Source: a virus (taxonomy: Duplodnaviria; Caudoviricetes). Taken from it: a DNA stretch of 64,000 nt. The stretch covers positions 128,001-192,000 of IMG/VR virus record IMGVR_UViG_3300011678_000001; one strand, written 5' to 3'. This document shows, piece by piece, positions 40,293-49,042 of the stretch. The notes beneath the pieces are model-generated. The model ran no database searches. It was given only the letters and a program-made list of their open reading frames with translations, and was not told the DNA's origin. Numbering within the stretch: the first letter of the stretch is position 1; each line of letters opens with the position of its first letter. The position numbers were made by a program, and so were the translations under genes.

Positions 40293-40724
40293 TTAGACCA
40301 CGAAGCGGCGAACGAACTCAGCAAGGTCAGAACGCAGCAGGTTGCCGTAACCCTGAGTCAGGACTTTGGCATGGACCGCGTCAACGGTCTGTTCGAACGC
40401 AGGGCGGGACAACTGAGCGCAGATGTCTTCACACGTCAGTTCACTCGGCACGTGGCAGAGGACGTAACGGTTGCGGTACACGTCGACGACCATGTTGTAG
40501 GTCACGTTGACGGAGAACGGGTAGAGGTTGTTCAGCTCGCCGATGACCTTCTTGGCGGCATCTGCATGGAACTGGTCGAAGTGAGCGACCACCGAATCCA
40601 CTGGTGTGGTCGGCAGAGCGAACGCGTAACCGAGTTCGATGGCCAGGGCCGTTTCAAGGAACGGTTTGCGCAGGTCGGCAGACGGGCAGGATTCGAGCAG
40701 TTGGAGTAGGCGATTCAGTTTCAT
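40293..40724 (-). CDS. Conserved hypothetical protein
   Basis: ORF in structural operon. Confidence 0.6.
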   Translation of the reverse strand: MKLNRLLQLLESCPSADLRKPFLETALAIELGYAFALPTTPVDSVVAHFDQFHADAAKKVIGELNNLYPFSVNVTYNMVVDVYRNRYVLCHVPSELTCEDICAQLSRPAFEQTVDAVHAKVLTQGYGNLLRSDLAEFVRRFVV

Positions 40725-40729
40725 GGTAA

Positions 40730-42103
40730 TTACACCGATTGCAGTTTGTTGGAGAGTTCGAAGAGACGGTTGTTCGCCAGCTCTTCCAGTTGGCGTTGGA
40801 ATTTCTGTTCAGCCGGACGACCGTTGAAGATACCCCGGAACCATTCCCCGACCAAAGCCGGACCGAAGTAGTGCTTGTGGGTCAGGGTGTTGACCACATC
40901 GTCAATGGCTTGAATCTGATCGACGAGCAGACGGCGTTGCTCGGTGGAAATGCTCTGGTCTTTCGACGAGGCAATGAGCTCACGCCGCATGGCACGATAA
41001 CGATGTTCGATCGGGTCGTATACGCCGAAGTCACCGCCAGAGAGCAGTACCAACAGCACACCGACCGCACCACCAATGATCAATGCCGGGGTCATCGCTG
41101 CCGCACCCGCACCGACGGCCAGGGTATATGCCCAAGCGCCGACAGAAAGACCGGTGAAGACATGGGTCGACCACTGGGCCAGAGAGGCCAGGTAGTTACC
41201 CATCCGACCGCGGTATTCAGTGATGTATTTCGGGTAGCACTTGTACATGATGTCCAAAGACTGAACGATCAGGTGTGCACCCCCGTGACGTGCCACGAAC
41301 TGGTCAGAGCTGAACTCAAATGCACGGCGGTCGTAGAACTTAGTGCCAAGCTCTGAACGAATACTTTCAACCGCGCCTGCCATGACGATCTGCTGGACAA
41401 CGAGCGGATCGGTTTTGGCGTTGATCTCGCCCAGGTCACGGAGACGCCAGCCAGTTTTCTGCTCAGCGACCCGGACCACTTCTTGGACCACCTTATCGCT
41501 CTCGCTTTCATGCTGCTTCTTGACAATCTCAGAGAGCACCACGTTCGAGAGGGTCAGCTTGCCCAGATAGCGTAGATAGGTGAACGCGTGTCCCATCTCA
41601 TGGACCAAGATGGCGGCGATGTGCTCAGCCTGAATGGCTTTGAGCGCTGGCATGGTGAAGAACTCGATGGCCAGGAAGATGTCAATCGGGATGTCAGCGT
41701 AGATACCCGAGACCTTACCGGTTTTGAGGTTGACTTCACCTTTGAACAGTTCTTGTTCGGACACCGGGCGCCCTAGACGACTGACCGTCTGTGCCACGTA
41801 GTCTGACGTCATGGGGTTGGAGGCGTTGCTGGAGCTCGGCGGGAACACAAATGCATCGGGTCCACCGGCACGGATGAAGTTGAACTTGAACGTCATCCCC
41901 GTGTGACGTTTGGCAATCGAGCTCATCGCCGTGCTGATTTTGTTGAAGGTGTCCTTGGAAGGGTCCTTCAGGGCGCTGGCCAGCTGCAGCGCCAGCTCAG
42001 GGATGAGCTTGGAATCTCGCTGGAAGTCGATTGCTTCCATCGAGGCGATAAGTACTTTGTTCATAGATGGTCTCATGATATTCAAGTTGGCGTGAAGAAC
42101 CAA
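40730..42103 (-). CDS. Virion zinc-metallopeptidase-like protein (phiKZ gp84-like)
   Basis: HEXXH (ILVHEMGHAF), EFSSDQFV.RHG, C-terminal LEELANNRLF, hydrophobic segment; ASMEAIDFQ processing site. Confidence 0.7.
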   Translation of the reverse strand: MVLHANLNIMRPSMNKVLIASMEAIDFQRDSKLIPELALQLASALKDPSKDTFNKISTAMSSIAKRHTGMTFKFNFIRAGGPDAFVFPPSSSNASNPMTSDYVAQTVSRLGRPVSEQELFKGEVNLKTGKVSGIYADIPIDIFLAIEFFTMPALKAIQAEHIAAILVHEMGHAFTYLRYLGKLTLSNVVLSEIVKKQHESESDKVVQEVVRVAEQKTGWRLRDLGEINAKTDPLVVQQIVMAGAVESIRSELGTKFYDRRAFEFSSDQFVARHGGAHLIVQSLDIMYKCYPKYITEYRGRMGNYLASLAQWSTHVFTGLSVGAWAYTLAVGAGAAAMTPALIIGGAVGVLLVLLSGGDFGVYDPIEHRYRAMRRELIASSKDQSISTEQRRLLVDQIQAIDDVVNTLTHKHYFGPALVGEWFRGIFNGRPAEQKFQRQLEELANNRLFELSNKLQSV

Positions 42104-42193
42104 TCATAGAGATTGGCGTAAATTCTTACTTGGCGTATATATCTCTTTGACAAAGAGAAGAACTCTCCACCGCTTAACCACAGGACACCCCTC

Positions 42194-43957
42194 ATGTCGG
42201 CAGTAAAGAAAGCTCCACTCTTCGACAAGGAAGAGGTGCTCGGACTTGAGTGCAAACACGCCATTTATACCGAAAGCGCCCTGAACCCTGATGACGATCT
42301 CCTGACGGTCAAGGAACTGGTCCATCTGAAGGATGGGCGTAAGATTCCTCGGCTACGGTTCTATAAGAATCGGAAGCGTCCGTTTGGAATAACTAAAGAA
42401 AAGTACCGAAACCACAAAGACAAGAAGGAAGTCGAAGACCTGGACAAGCTGGTGCTGGTGGAGTGCACCCAGAGGGAGCTGCGCAGGTCCATCGTCAAAC
42501 GTTTAGGTTACGGCAACCCCAACGGTCAGCTTCGCATGTTGTGTCGCTCTCCGTTCATCTACGGGGCTGATATCACCCCACCGACATTGATCAAACAGCA
42601 GTACCGCGAGAAGTGGCCTGGGTTGTTCTACTCCAACCAAGTGGCCGTACTCGACACCGAAACCGACATGTGGAACGGCGACGGTAAGGACGTGATCATT
42701 TCCACGGTGACCTTCAAGAAGAAGGCCATCATCACCATTCTGGACACCTGGATTGCAGGGATACCGGATGCGGTGAACACCATCCTCAAGGCCTTGGATC
42801 AAAATCTAGGTCACATCACCAAACCACGTGGCATTGAGTTTGAGATTCAGATTCAAAAGTCGGGTGGGGAGATGATCAAGACGTGCATCGATCGGTGTCA
42901 TGAATGGATGCCTGACTTTGTCAGCTTCTGGAACATGGACTTCGACATGACCGTGATGATTCGGGAACTGGAGCGCAGCGGGTATAACCTCGCCGATGTC
43001 TTCAGTGCGCCTGAAGTGCCACCGGAGTTTCGTTACTTCCGGTATAAGCGCGGTCCTGACCAGAAGGTGAAAGCAGACGGTAAATCTGAGAACCTCGCCT
43101 GGTACGACCGCTGGCACGTGGTGGAGACCCCTTCAAGCCACTTCTGGATTGACTCGGCAGCTGTTTACCGGAACATCCGTCGGGCTAAAGGTAAGGAGCC
43201 CAGCTACTCGCTGGATAACATCCTGAAGAAGAACCTAGGCGCGGACTGGGGTAAGTTGTATTTCCCCATGGGAGACTCCACTGCCTCACCGGGTAGTGTC
43301 GAATGGCACCGTCAGATGCAGAAGGACTACAAAGTCAACTATGTGGTCTACAACGTCTACGACTGCTTGGGGGTCGAACTGCTGGATGAGAAGGTCACGG
43401 ACCTGAACACCCAGATCGGGATTCTCTCGGAGAGTTCGGAGTACAGCATCTTCAACTCCAACCCGAAGCGTAACGTCAACGCGTTCTACTTTGACATGCT
43501 CAAAGAGAACATGATGGCCGGTACGTTATCGGATCAGATGGAGGATGAGCTGGATAAGCTTCTGTTGGGTAAAGACGACTGGATTGTCACCTTGCCGACG
43601 AGCCTCGTGGAGGCGAACGGCGTCTACATGATCAGGGACCTACCATCGGTTCGCAGTTATGTACGGCGCTATACATCGGACGCGGACATCGGGTCGACCT
43701 ATCCAAACGGCGAGATCATCCTCAACCTCTCGAAGATGACCACCATGTACGAGGTGGGTCGGATTGCAGGCGTCACAGCCAGCAAGCAACGGCTGGTCGG
43801 GGTCAACCTCACAGGTGGGCCGGTGAACTCCATTGAGATCATGACCGAGGTGATGAAAGCACCCGATCCATTCCAACTGCTGGAAGCGTTCGAGGCGGAG
43901 TTGGCTGCAGAGGAAACCCCGGTGCAGAAAACACTTCGGTTGAGTTCGGTAGTCTGA
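42194..43957 (+). CDS. Split family-B DNA polymerase, exonuclease/N-terminal subunit (phiKZ gp82-like)
   Basis: ExoI DTETD, ExoII WNMDFD, ExoIII YNVYD, motif A DADIGSTYP near the C-terminus; motifs B and C absent. Confidence 0.85.
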   Translation: MSAVKKAPLFDKEEVLGLECKHAIYTESALNPDDDLLTVKELVHLKDGRKIPRLRFYKNRKRPFGITKEKYRNHKDKKEVEDLDKLVLVECTQRELRRSIVKRLGYGNPNGQLRMLCRSPFIYGADITPPTLIKQQYREKWPGLFYSNQVAVLDTETDMWNGDGKDVIISTVTFKKKAIITILDTWIAGIPDAVNTILKALDQNLGHITKPRGIEFEIQIQKSGGEMIKTCIDRCHEWMPDFVSFWNMDFDMTVMIRELERSGYNLADVFSAPEVPPEFRYFRYKRGPDQKVKADGKSENLAWYDRWHVVETPSSHFWIDSAAVYRNIRRAKGKEPSYSLDNILKKNLGADWGKLYFPMGDSTASPGSVEWHRQMQKDYKVNYVVYNVYDCLGVELLDEKVTDLNTQIGILSESSEYSIFNSNPKRNVNAFYFDMLKENMMAGTLSDQMEDELDKLLLGKDDWIVTLPTSLVEANGVYMIRDLPSVRSYVRRYTSDADIGSTYPNGEIILNLSKMTTMYEVGRIAGVTASKQRLVGVNLTGGPVNSIEIMTEVMKAPDPFQLLEAFEAELAAEETPVQKTLRLSSVV

Positions 43958-43983
43958 CTGGCAACAAAGAAAAAAAGAAAGAT

Positions 43984-44027
43984 ACATACATCCCTCCTGA
44001 TCCGTTAAGATCAGGAGGGATGTATGT
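43984..44027. terminator. Perfect 19-bp inverted repeat, bidirectional terminator
   Basis: ACATACATCCCTCCTGATC cgttaa GATCAGGAGGGATGTATGT between convergent genes. Confidence 0.75.
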
Positions 44028-44031
44028 CGAG

Positions 44032-44658
44032 TCACCAACGAAAAGCCGCAGGTAGGGCTTCAAACGAGATGTTATCAAGCGGGTCACCGGGTTTAAGCTT
44101 ACCCTCGGCAATCAGCTTATGGTACTTGTGACGCAGGAGATCACGTTCACTGTCCATGATCATGCGAAAGAGAAACCCTCGTCCTCCAGCATACTTACCG
44201 GCTATGAGGTCGTTCCGATAGGCTGTAAATTGAGCCTCAGTCATGACCGTGGCGACCTGTTCGAGGACAGCTGCGGTGATCGTGATCTCTTCTGTTTCCT
44301 CCGGAACGACGTCTTTGTTGTAAGTGTATTCTTCGATGTCAGGACTGGACCCATATCCCACCGCCAACCGAGGCAACACGGCCCGATAGACGTAGGTCTT
44401 CTGCCCACGGGCGAGTTTCTTCAGTTCGGTCATGGCGGTTGTTACAACGGCAAAGCCGCCCGATGGAATGTGGTACATCGTCTTAATGCTGGTATTGCGA
44501 CGACACCATTGATACACCGCCCACTTAAATGCGTTGTCTCGACTGCCCCAAAAGAAGATAGCCCATTCAGGTTTAGCCCACCGATGCCCCATGTTGATCC
44601 CAACGGGTTTGAGCACGGACAGTTTCTTATCTGACCCATGGTAGTAGGTTTTATACAC
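44032..44658 (-). CDS. Putative ADP-ribosyltransferase-fold protein
   Basis: YYHGS N-terminus, YVY strand, IEEY acidic motif; C-terminal SFEALPAAFRW. Confidence 0.55.
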   Translation of the reverse strand: MYKTYYHGSDKKLSVLKPVGINMGHRWAKPEWAIFFWGSRDNAFKWAVYQWCRRNTSIKTMYHIPSGGFAVVTTAMTELKKLARGQKTYVYRAVLPRLAVGYGSSPDIEEYTYNKDVVPEETEEITITAAVLEQVATVMTEAQFTAYRNDLIAGKYAGGRGFLFRMIMDSERDLLRHKYHKLIAEGKLKPGDPLDNISFEALPAAFRW

Positions 44659-44732
44659 AGCTGTAACTCCTCATGAATACATACCATGTCCTGCAAAAAT
44701 AAAAGGAGGGCCGAAGCCCTCCTGATGTCGCG

Positions 44733-45125
44733 TTACACCCCAATCAAGCGGTGTGTCTCGATCTCTTCATCCGTCAGGATGTAGAAGGATTCGAGCGGTC
44801 TCGCCTCCCCGAGTAGCTCGCCGTCCTTGAAGGTCGCCAAGATACGCGCCATGGCATGGACACGCACCTCATGGAACTGACTCAGGACCTTGGCCACCTG
44901 CACCACCTCTTCTTGCGTCTCAGCAAAGAAGTTCGGCTGGTTACCCACTTGCAGCTCAATGCGCAGTGGATGGTACAGGGTCTCGGTCGACTCCATCGTG
45001 AACTCCTTGCCTTTAAAGCAAGGAAGTTCAAAGCGCCAGTCCTCAGCGACTACCGCGACACCGTCGATGACAGCCTTGACCAGTGGCCCGTAGTTGACAT
45101 TGTCAATGATCACATTCTTACGCAT
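44733..45125 (-). CDS. Hypothetical protein
   Basis: Start MRKNVII with AAGGAG RBS. Confidence 0.6.
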   Translation of the reverse strand: MRKNVIIDNVNYGPLVKAVIDGVAVVAEDWRFELPCFKGKEFTMESTETLYHPLRIELQVGNQPNFFAETQEEVVQVAKVLSQFHEVRVHAMARILATFKDGELLGEARPLESFYILTDEEIETHRLIGV

Positions 45126-45159
45126 GGTGTTCTCCTTAAGAACGGGGTATTGGAATTGA

Positions 45160-45588
45160 TTACTTGTTGTCGTCTGTGTCAAAGTCTTCGTCGACGGTCA
45201 GGTCTTCTTCCTCTGGCCAAGAACCGTCATCATCCTCATCATCCGGATAGCTGGCAAGTTCTTCATCCAGCAGCTTGTCCTCCTTCTGACTGCAGGTCGG
45301 ACAGACATCGTAGACCGGCCCATTGGACCCTTCATCAATGTCTCGCCGAGACCGGAGATCGTCACTCTCCTCACCACACCAGTCGCACGGACCAGACGCT
45401 CGCATATTGCGAATCGCATCCGCGCGTTCATTGATGTGTTCAACGCAGTAGAATTCCCACTCCACCCCCATCGAGTCCACTTCACCAGCGACTTTGCCAG
45501 TGGCTTTCTCGTTGCAGTCTTCGTGTTCGCAGAAGTTCTCGTTTTCATGGCCATACAGGGAACGCTCGGCACCAGGTAGAACGGACAT
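45160..45588 (-). CDS. Acidic zinc-binding protein
   Basis: CEHEDC, CVEH, CDWC, CPTC; D/E-rich tail. Confidence 0.6.
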   Translation of the reverse strand: MSVLPGAERSLYGHENENFCEHEDCNEKATGKVAGEVDSMGVEWEFYCVEHINERADAIRNMRASGPCDWCGEESDDLRSRRDIDEGSNGPVYDVCPTCSQKEDKLLDEELASYPDDEDDDGSWPEEEDLTVDEDFDTDDNK

Positions 45589-45631
45589 GGTAGACTCCTT
45601 AAGTCTTGGTTATGGGTATGACACCGCTATC

Positions 45632-45641
45632 ATGTATCGTT
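45632..45641 (-). promoter_or_regulatory. Candidate early promoter (AACGATACAT preceded by T-tract)
   Basis: Same 10-mer at 61630-61639, both upstream of small stand-alone genes. Confidence 0.5.
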
Positions 45642-45671
45642 ATAAAAAGTTTCAATCAAACAAAAAAGAAA

Positions 45672-45689
45672 GGGAGGCCGAAGCCTCCC
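45672..45689. terminator. Hairpin terminator
   Basis: GGGAGGC CGAA GCCTCCC; A-tract on one side, TTATGCCG on the other. Confidence 0.7.
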
Positions 45690-45700
45690 CTTATGCCGCG

Positions 45701-45850
45701 TTACTTACTGCTCGAATCCATGCGCTGCTGGAATCGAAGGTTGCGTTTGAACAGGTTCTTCTTGAACCGTGAAGAGTTGTTATAAAGGTTCCGGTTGCGT
45801 TTCGTGGAGCCACCACCCAGGGCTATGTCATCCGGGTCCCAGGTAAACAT
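45701..45850 (-). CDS. Possible small basic protein (49 aa)
   Basis: MFTWDPDDIALGGGSTKRNRNLY...; fills the gap before the terminator, weak RBS. Confidence 0.35.
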   Translation of the reverse strand: MFTWDPDDIALGGGSTKRNRNLYNNSSRFKKNLFKRNLRFQQRMDSSSK

Positions 45851-45864
45851 GCCCGCCGGAAGCT

Positions 45865-46308
45865 TCACAGGTCCACCAGATGATCGAGCAGCGCCGTCAG
45901 CGCCTTGAACGTCTGGCGTTCTTCCAGCGGTGTGCCGTCGCGGCCGTTGGCACTGGACAGGATCGTCTGCATGAAGACCACGGGGATAAAACCATGCTCC
46001 AAGGCCTTAACGAGCGCGTCCTTGACCGGCTGGGTCAGTTCCGGTAGCTCAGGGTCTGCCACGTGCAAACTGTCGATCAGCAGCTCGTTACCGGGCACGC
46101 CTGCAAGTTGCTGCAGGAAGCTGTTGCCGATGTGGAACGCGTACCACTGCTGGTAACCGCCGGTCATGAGGGTGATTGGAATGGCCGTGCCTTTAGGCGA
46201 TTCCACCGAGCCTGCAAAGATACGGTTCTCATAATGCATGAATTGGCTGGGATCACCCATCACTACGTTCATGAATTCGATGAGGTTGTCTTCACTCTTG
46301 AAATGCAT
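45865..46308 (-). CDS. Hypothetical protein
   Basis: ORF with AAGGA RBS. Confidence 0.6.
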   Translation of the reverse strand: MHFKSEDNLIEFMNVVMGDPSQFMHYENRIFAGSVESPKGTAIPITLMTGGYQQWYAFHIGNSFLQQLAGVPGNELLIDSLHVADPELPELTQPVKDALVKALEHGFIPVVFMQTILSSANGRDGTPLEERQTFKALTALLDHLVDL

Positions 46309-46317
46309 ACCGAATCC

Positions 46318-46554
46318 TTATTCGATGATGGTAAGGTTGTCGAGCGACATCACGTTGGGCAGGCTGGTGTCGGCCTCAAGCCCTGTGAGGAAGAAGACCG
46401 GCTCTTGGGTGCCATGGGCCACAAAGACCGCGATCATGCCTTCATGACCTGGGTCTTCATTGCGCTCTACCACTTCGGTGATGAAGTCTGGGATGTTGGC
46501 AAAGCTGACTTTAGCGCCGACTTGTAACTTGGCAAGTTTCTCTTCGGGGGTCAT
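46318..46554 (-). CDS. Hypothetical protein
   Basis: ORF with AAGGAG RBS. Confidence 0.6.
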   Translation of the reverse strand: MTPEEKLAKLQVGAKVSFANIPDFITEVVERNEDPGHEGMIAVFVAHGTQEPVFFLTGLEADTSLPNVMSLDNLTIIE

Positions 46555-46565
46555 GGGACTGCTCC

Positions 46566-46976
46566 TTACTTGTAATCTTGGAAGGCTTCGATCAGGTCCT
46601 GCATGCTGAATTTCTTCTGCATGCCAATGATCGGGATGGAAATCAGCTGGCTGTTGCTCCCGTAAGACTTGGTGTACTTGATGCGGGTCTCACGCTTGAA
46701 CTTCCACTCGCCCTTGGACAGCTCGATCTGACCCCAGTACATATTCTTGCTGTAGAGGTCCTTGTTGCAGAGTATCGACGACGGGGAGTCTGCCAGCGGC
46801 TTAGCCGACACGAGGGTCAGTCTTATCAGGGTCGGGGTAACGATCTCCACGGTGTACATGCAGCGGTCGGCCACTTTAAACAGGCCATCGTGTGCAGTCA
46901 CGAGGTTATTGACAGCCTGGTTGATGGTGTTGAGGATCTTCTTGCGAATGGCTTTGCGTTCTGGGCGAGTGCTCAT
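46566..46976 (-). CDS. Hypothetical protein
   Basis: ORF with AAGGAA RBS. Confidence 0.6.
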   Translation of the reverse strand: MSTRPERKAIRKKILNTINQAVNNLVTAHDGLFKVADRCMYTVEIVTPTLIRLTLVSAKPLADSPSSILCNKDLYSKNMYWGQIELSKGEWKFKRETRIKYTKSYGSNSQLISIPIIGMQKKFSMQDLIEAFQDYK

Positions 46977-47049
46977 GGTGACTTCCTTCTAGGGGTGAGG
47001 CGGCATATGAGGTAGGCGAACCTACCTCTTAGCCAATGGGTGTTAGGTG

Positions 47050-47445
47050 TTACGCAATCATGGTCGACAGTTCGCTCACGGAGGCGGGACTGGTCAACAC
47101 AACGTGCTCAAGCACGTCAAACCGCTCGTTCTTCAACAAGCAGGCGATCATCTGGGCGGACTTGAGGTCACAGGGGCGTTTCGGCTCCAGGTCCCAACCA
47201 AACTTACTGATGATCTTTTCAATGATCGGGTTGTTCGCCAGGTCAATGCTGGTGATTTCCAGCGACATGACCAGTTGTTCGACCCCATCACTGTCTTCGT
47301 CCATTTCAGCAGTCTTAAGCTTGACTGCCCCAAGTTCTAATACGGCGCTGAACGAATTACCGATGCACATGAACTTACGCAGAAGCTCATTGCTTTCAGC
47401 ATGTTCGTTGCTCAGAACTGGGTGGAGAAGGAAATACTGCTGCAT
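47050..47445 (-). CDS. Hypothetical protein
   Basis: ORF with AAGGGG RBS. Confidence 0.6.
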   Translation of the reverse strand: MQQYFLLHPVLSNEHAESNELLRKFMCIGNSFSAVLELGAVKLKTAEMDEDSDGVEQLVMSLEITSIDLANNPIIEKIISKFGWDLEPKRPCDLKSAQMIACLLKNERFDVLEHVVLTSPASVSELSTMIA

Positions 47446-47468
47446 GTCTTAAAGCCCCTTATACTGCG

Positions 47469-47880
47469 TTCCGTGAAGTGTGATCGTTACCGATCCCTAG
47501 TGTTAGCAAGGCATTGTTGTTATCGCATACTGTAGTCGTACGCTGTCTTTTATAACTCCCGCGCATACACGCCCGCTGCCTACAAAAGAGACAGCGGGCG
47601 TACAGAGGCGGTCCGGTAACTGTTCTACCGTAGTCACATGCCGCGTCTGACCCGGAAGCCAGTCGTACGACAGCCCATCTGGGGACACCAGCGCTACGCA
47701 GAGGATGGGCCTCTCTACGGCGGTTGACTGAGCGTGCACTCTCAGCCGTGTGTTTAGATTCCATAGGCCGGTGAAGGGCTAATAAATTAGTCCTACCCTT
47801 ACTTGTCAGACAGAGGTTTCTCAGGCCGCACGTCTGCTTTCTCTTCTTGGGCCTCGCCGTCTGAGTAACGGCTCCCGGAA
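47469..47880 (-). ncRNA. Unclassified large structured RNA (~415 nt)
   Basis: Closing helix UUCCG-GGAG/CUUC-A-CGGAA; many hairpins including a 16-bp stem (47566-47604) and a GUAA tetraloop hairpin (47482-47495); G-U pairs mostly favour the minus strand. Confidence 0.6.
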
Positions 47881-47888
47881 AACTGATT

Positions 47889-48000
47889 TCTCGATGGCGG
47901 GACTTGAACCCACAACCTCCGCAACAGCACTCCGCCAGCATACCCGAGCTTCGCGGGGCACAACGGACCATACGGTGTTCTAACTTAGAACTACATCGAG
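47889..48000 (-). tRNA. tRNA-Pro-like RNA with anticodon loop replaced by a 47-nt extension (non-decoding tRNA-like element)
   Basis: Acceptor CUCGAUG/CAUCGAG-A73, U8A9, D-stem GUUC/GAAC, anticodon stem CCGUA/UGCGG, variable AGGUU, T-arm GUGGG-UUCAAGU-CCCGC. Confidence 0.75.
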
Positions 48001-48007
48001 AAAGGGG

Positions 48008-48415
48008 TTACATTGGATGACTGTTTGCCCAGTCCGTGAGGAAGGCATCGGTCGCCCAATCAAAATGAGCCAGGGACTTGAACATCCCGTGTTGCCTGAG
48101 CGTCTTGTGAAAGGCGTCAAGCTTGGGGCGATCCCCGGCAGCTGCCATCCGTTCAAAGATGACGTCACGTTGCATGTCAGTCAGACGTACATCGTAACTG
48201 CTGCAGAACATCTGTGGAACCGGAATGCCCTTCTCCGCGCAGATGCGCTCAAGATCAGCCTGCGCCTTACGGAAGTCCTCGACCAGCTGCAAGGTGCGCT
48301 GGCGACTGGCTTCACTGGGCCTGGGCTTGGGCAGGTCACTCAATCGAACGGATGGGATCATCTCAGGCCTCCAAGGGCGCCAGAGCGCGCGCTTCTTCTT
48401 CAGTGGCCCGTTCAC
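48008..48415 (-). CDS. Hypothetical protein
   Basis: ORF in operon. Confidence 0.55.
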   Translation of the reverse strand: MNGPLKKKRALWRPWRPEMIPSVRLSDLPKPRPSEASRQRTLQLVEDFRKAQADLERICAEKGIPVPQMFCSSYDVRLTDMQRDVIFERMAAAGDRPKLDAFHKTLRQHGMFKSLAHFDWATDAFLTDWANSHPM

Positions 48416-48584
48416 ACAGACCGATGCGTTTATGCGTCAAAGCCATGGTGAGGACAAACTGAAACCCGCCGAGGATCAAGCCTGCGGTCAGGGAGAAGAG
48501 CGCACCAATTGCGAAGCTGAGCAGTACTGCAAAGACTACGAAGGTAGTGCGTAACACGATGAATTCCATGGCATCGCGAGACAT
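48363..48584 (-). CDS. Small membrane protein
   Basis: Long hydrophobic segment. Confidence 0.5.
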   Translation of the reverse strand: MSRDAMEFIVLRTTFVVFAVLLSFAIGALFSLTAGLILGGFQFVLTMALTHKRIGLCERATEEEARALAPLEA

Positions 48585-48589
48585 CTTAC

Positions 48590-49015
48590 TTAATCCACCA
48601 TTTCCAAACGTTCATTGAGGAGCTCGATCAATGCTTCAGTGTGCTTTCGCTGACGCATCGTGATCGAGTAACGGGGGTGTAGCGGTTGCATCTGGTTCAG
48701 CTCGGCAAACAAGGACGCAAGTTTGCTCTCCAGCTGAGCGCGCTCGGCCAGCAGCTTCAACGCCCAATCGGGTGTGTCCGGCTGATCGCCCAACGGCAGG
48801 TTGGTCTTCTTAAACACCTCTGCAGGGCACCAGCTGATGTAACCGTCGTGGGCATGGTGATTGCTCTCACCGCCGTCGAGGTACTCTACCAGGAAGCCCG
48901 GTTCTTCCAACACTTCACCTGCCAATCGCGGCTGCCCGAGGTAGAGGTTATACTCTTCACGGGTCATCGGTCTGGCCTTGACAATTTTAACGCCTACGTA
49001 GTGCTGGAATTGCAT
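48590..49015 (-). CDS. Conserved phage protein (YxGxK...GYxSWxP domain plus crAss001_48-like helical hairpin)
   Basis: YVGVKIVKARPMTREEYN...GFLVEYLDGG...GYISWCPAEVF, then WALKLLAERAQLESKLASL...LLNERL. Confidence 0.65.
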   Translation of the reverse strand: MQFQHYVGVKIVKARPMTREEYNLYLGQPRLAGEVLEEPGFLVEYLDGGESNHHAHDGYISWCPAEVFKKTNLPLGDQPDTPDWALKLLAERAQLESKLASLFAELNQMQPLHPRYSITMRQRKHTEALIELLNERLEMVD

Positions 49016-49042
49016 CGATGGTTTCCTTGGTTACGAATAGGC

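Noticed and set aside
47495-47530. tmRNA tag-like peptide (DNNNALL) near a tRNA-like domain
   Set aside because: Does not end in AA-stop, the acceptor stem has no G3-U70, and a full D-stem is present, unlike tmRNA
47820-47875. Group II intron hints (GAGCCGU hairpin, GUGCG)
   Set aside because: No proper domain V bulge and length, wrong order, and no interrupted gene
47459-47971. 170-aa minus-strand ORF
   Set aside because: Starts inside the tRNA-like cloverleaf, has no RBS and an Arg/Cys-rich atypical composition; the region is better explained by RNA structure
47925-47971. Archaeal-type BHB tRNA intron
   Set aside because: Both 3-nt bulges are on the same strand, and no excision places UGG at positions 34-36
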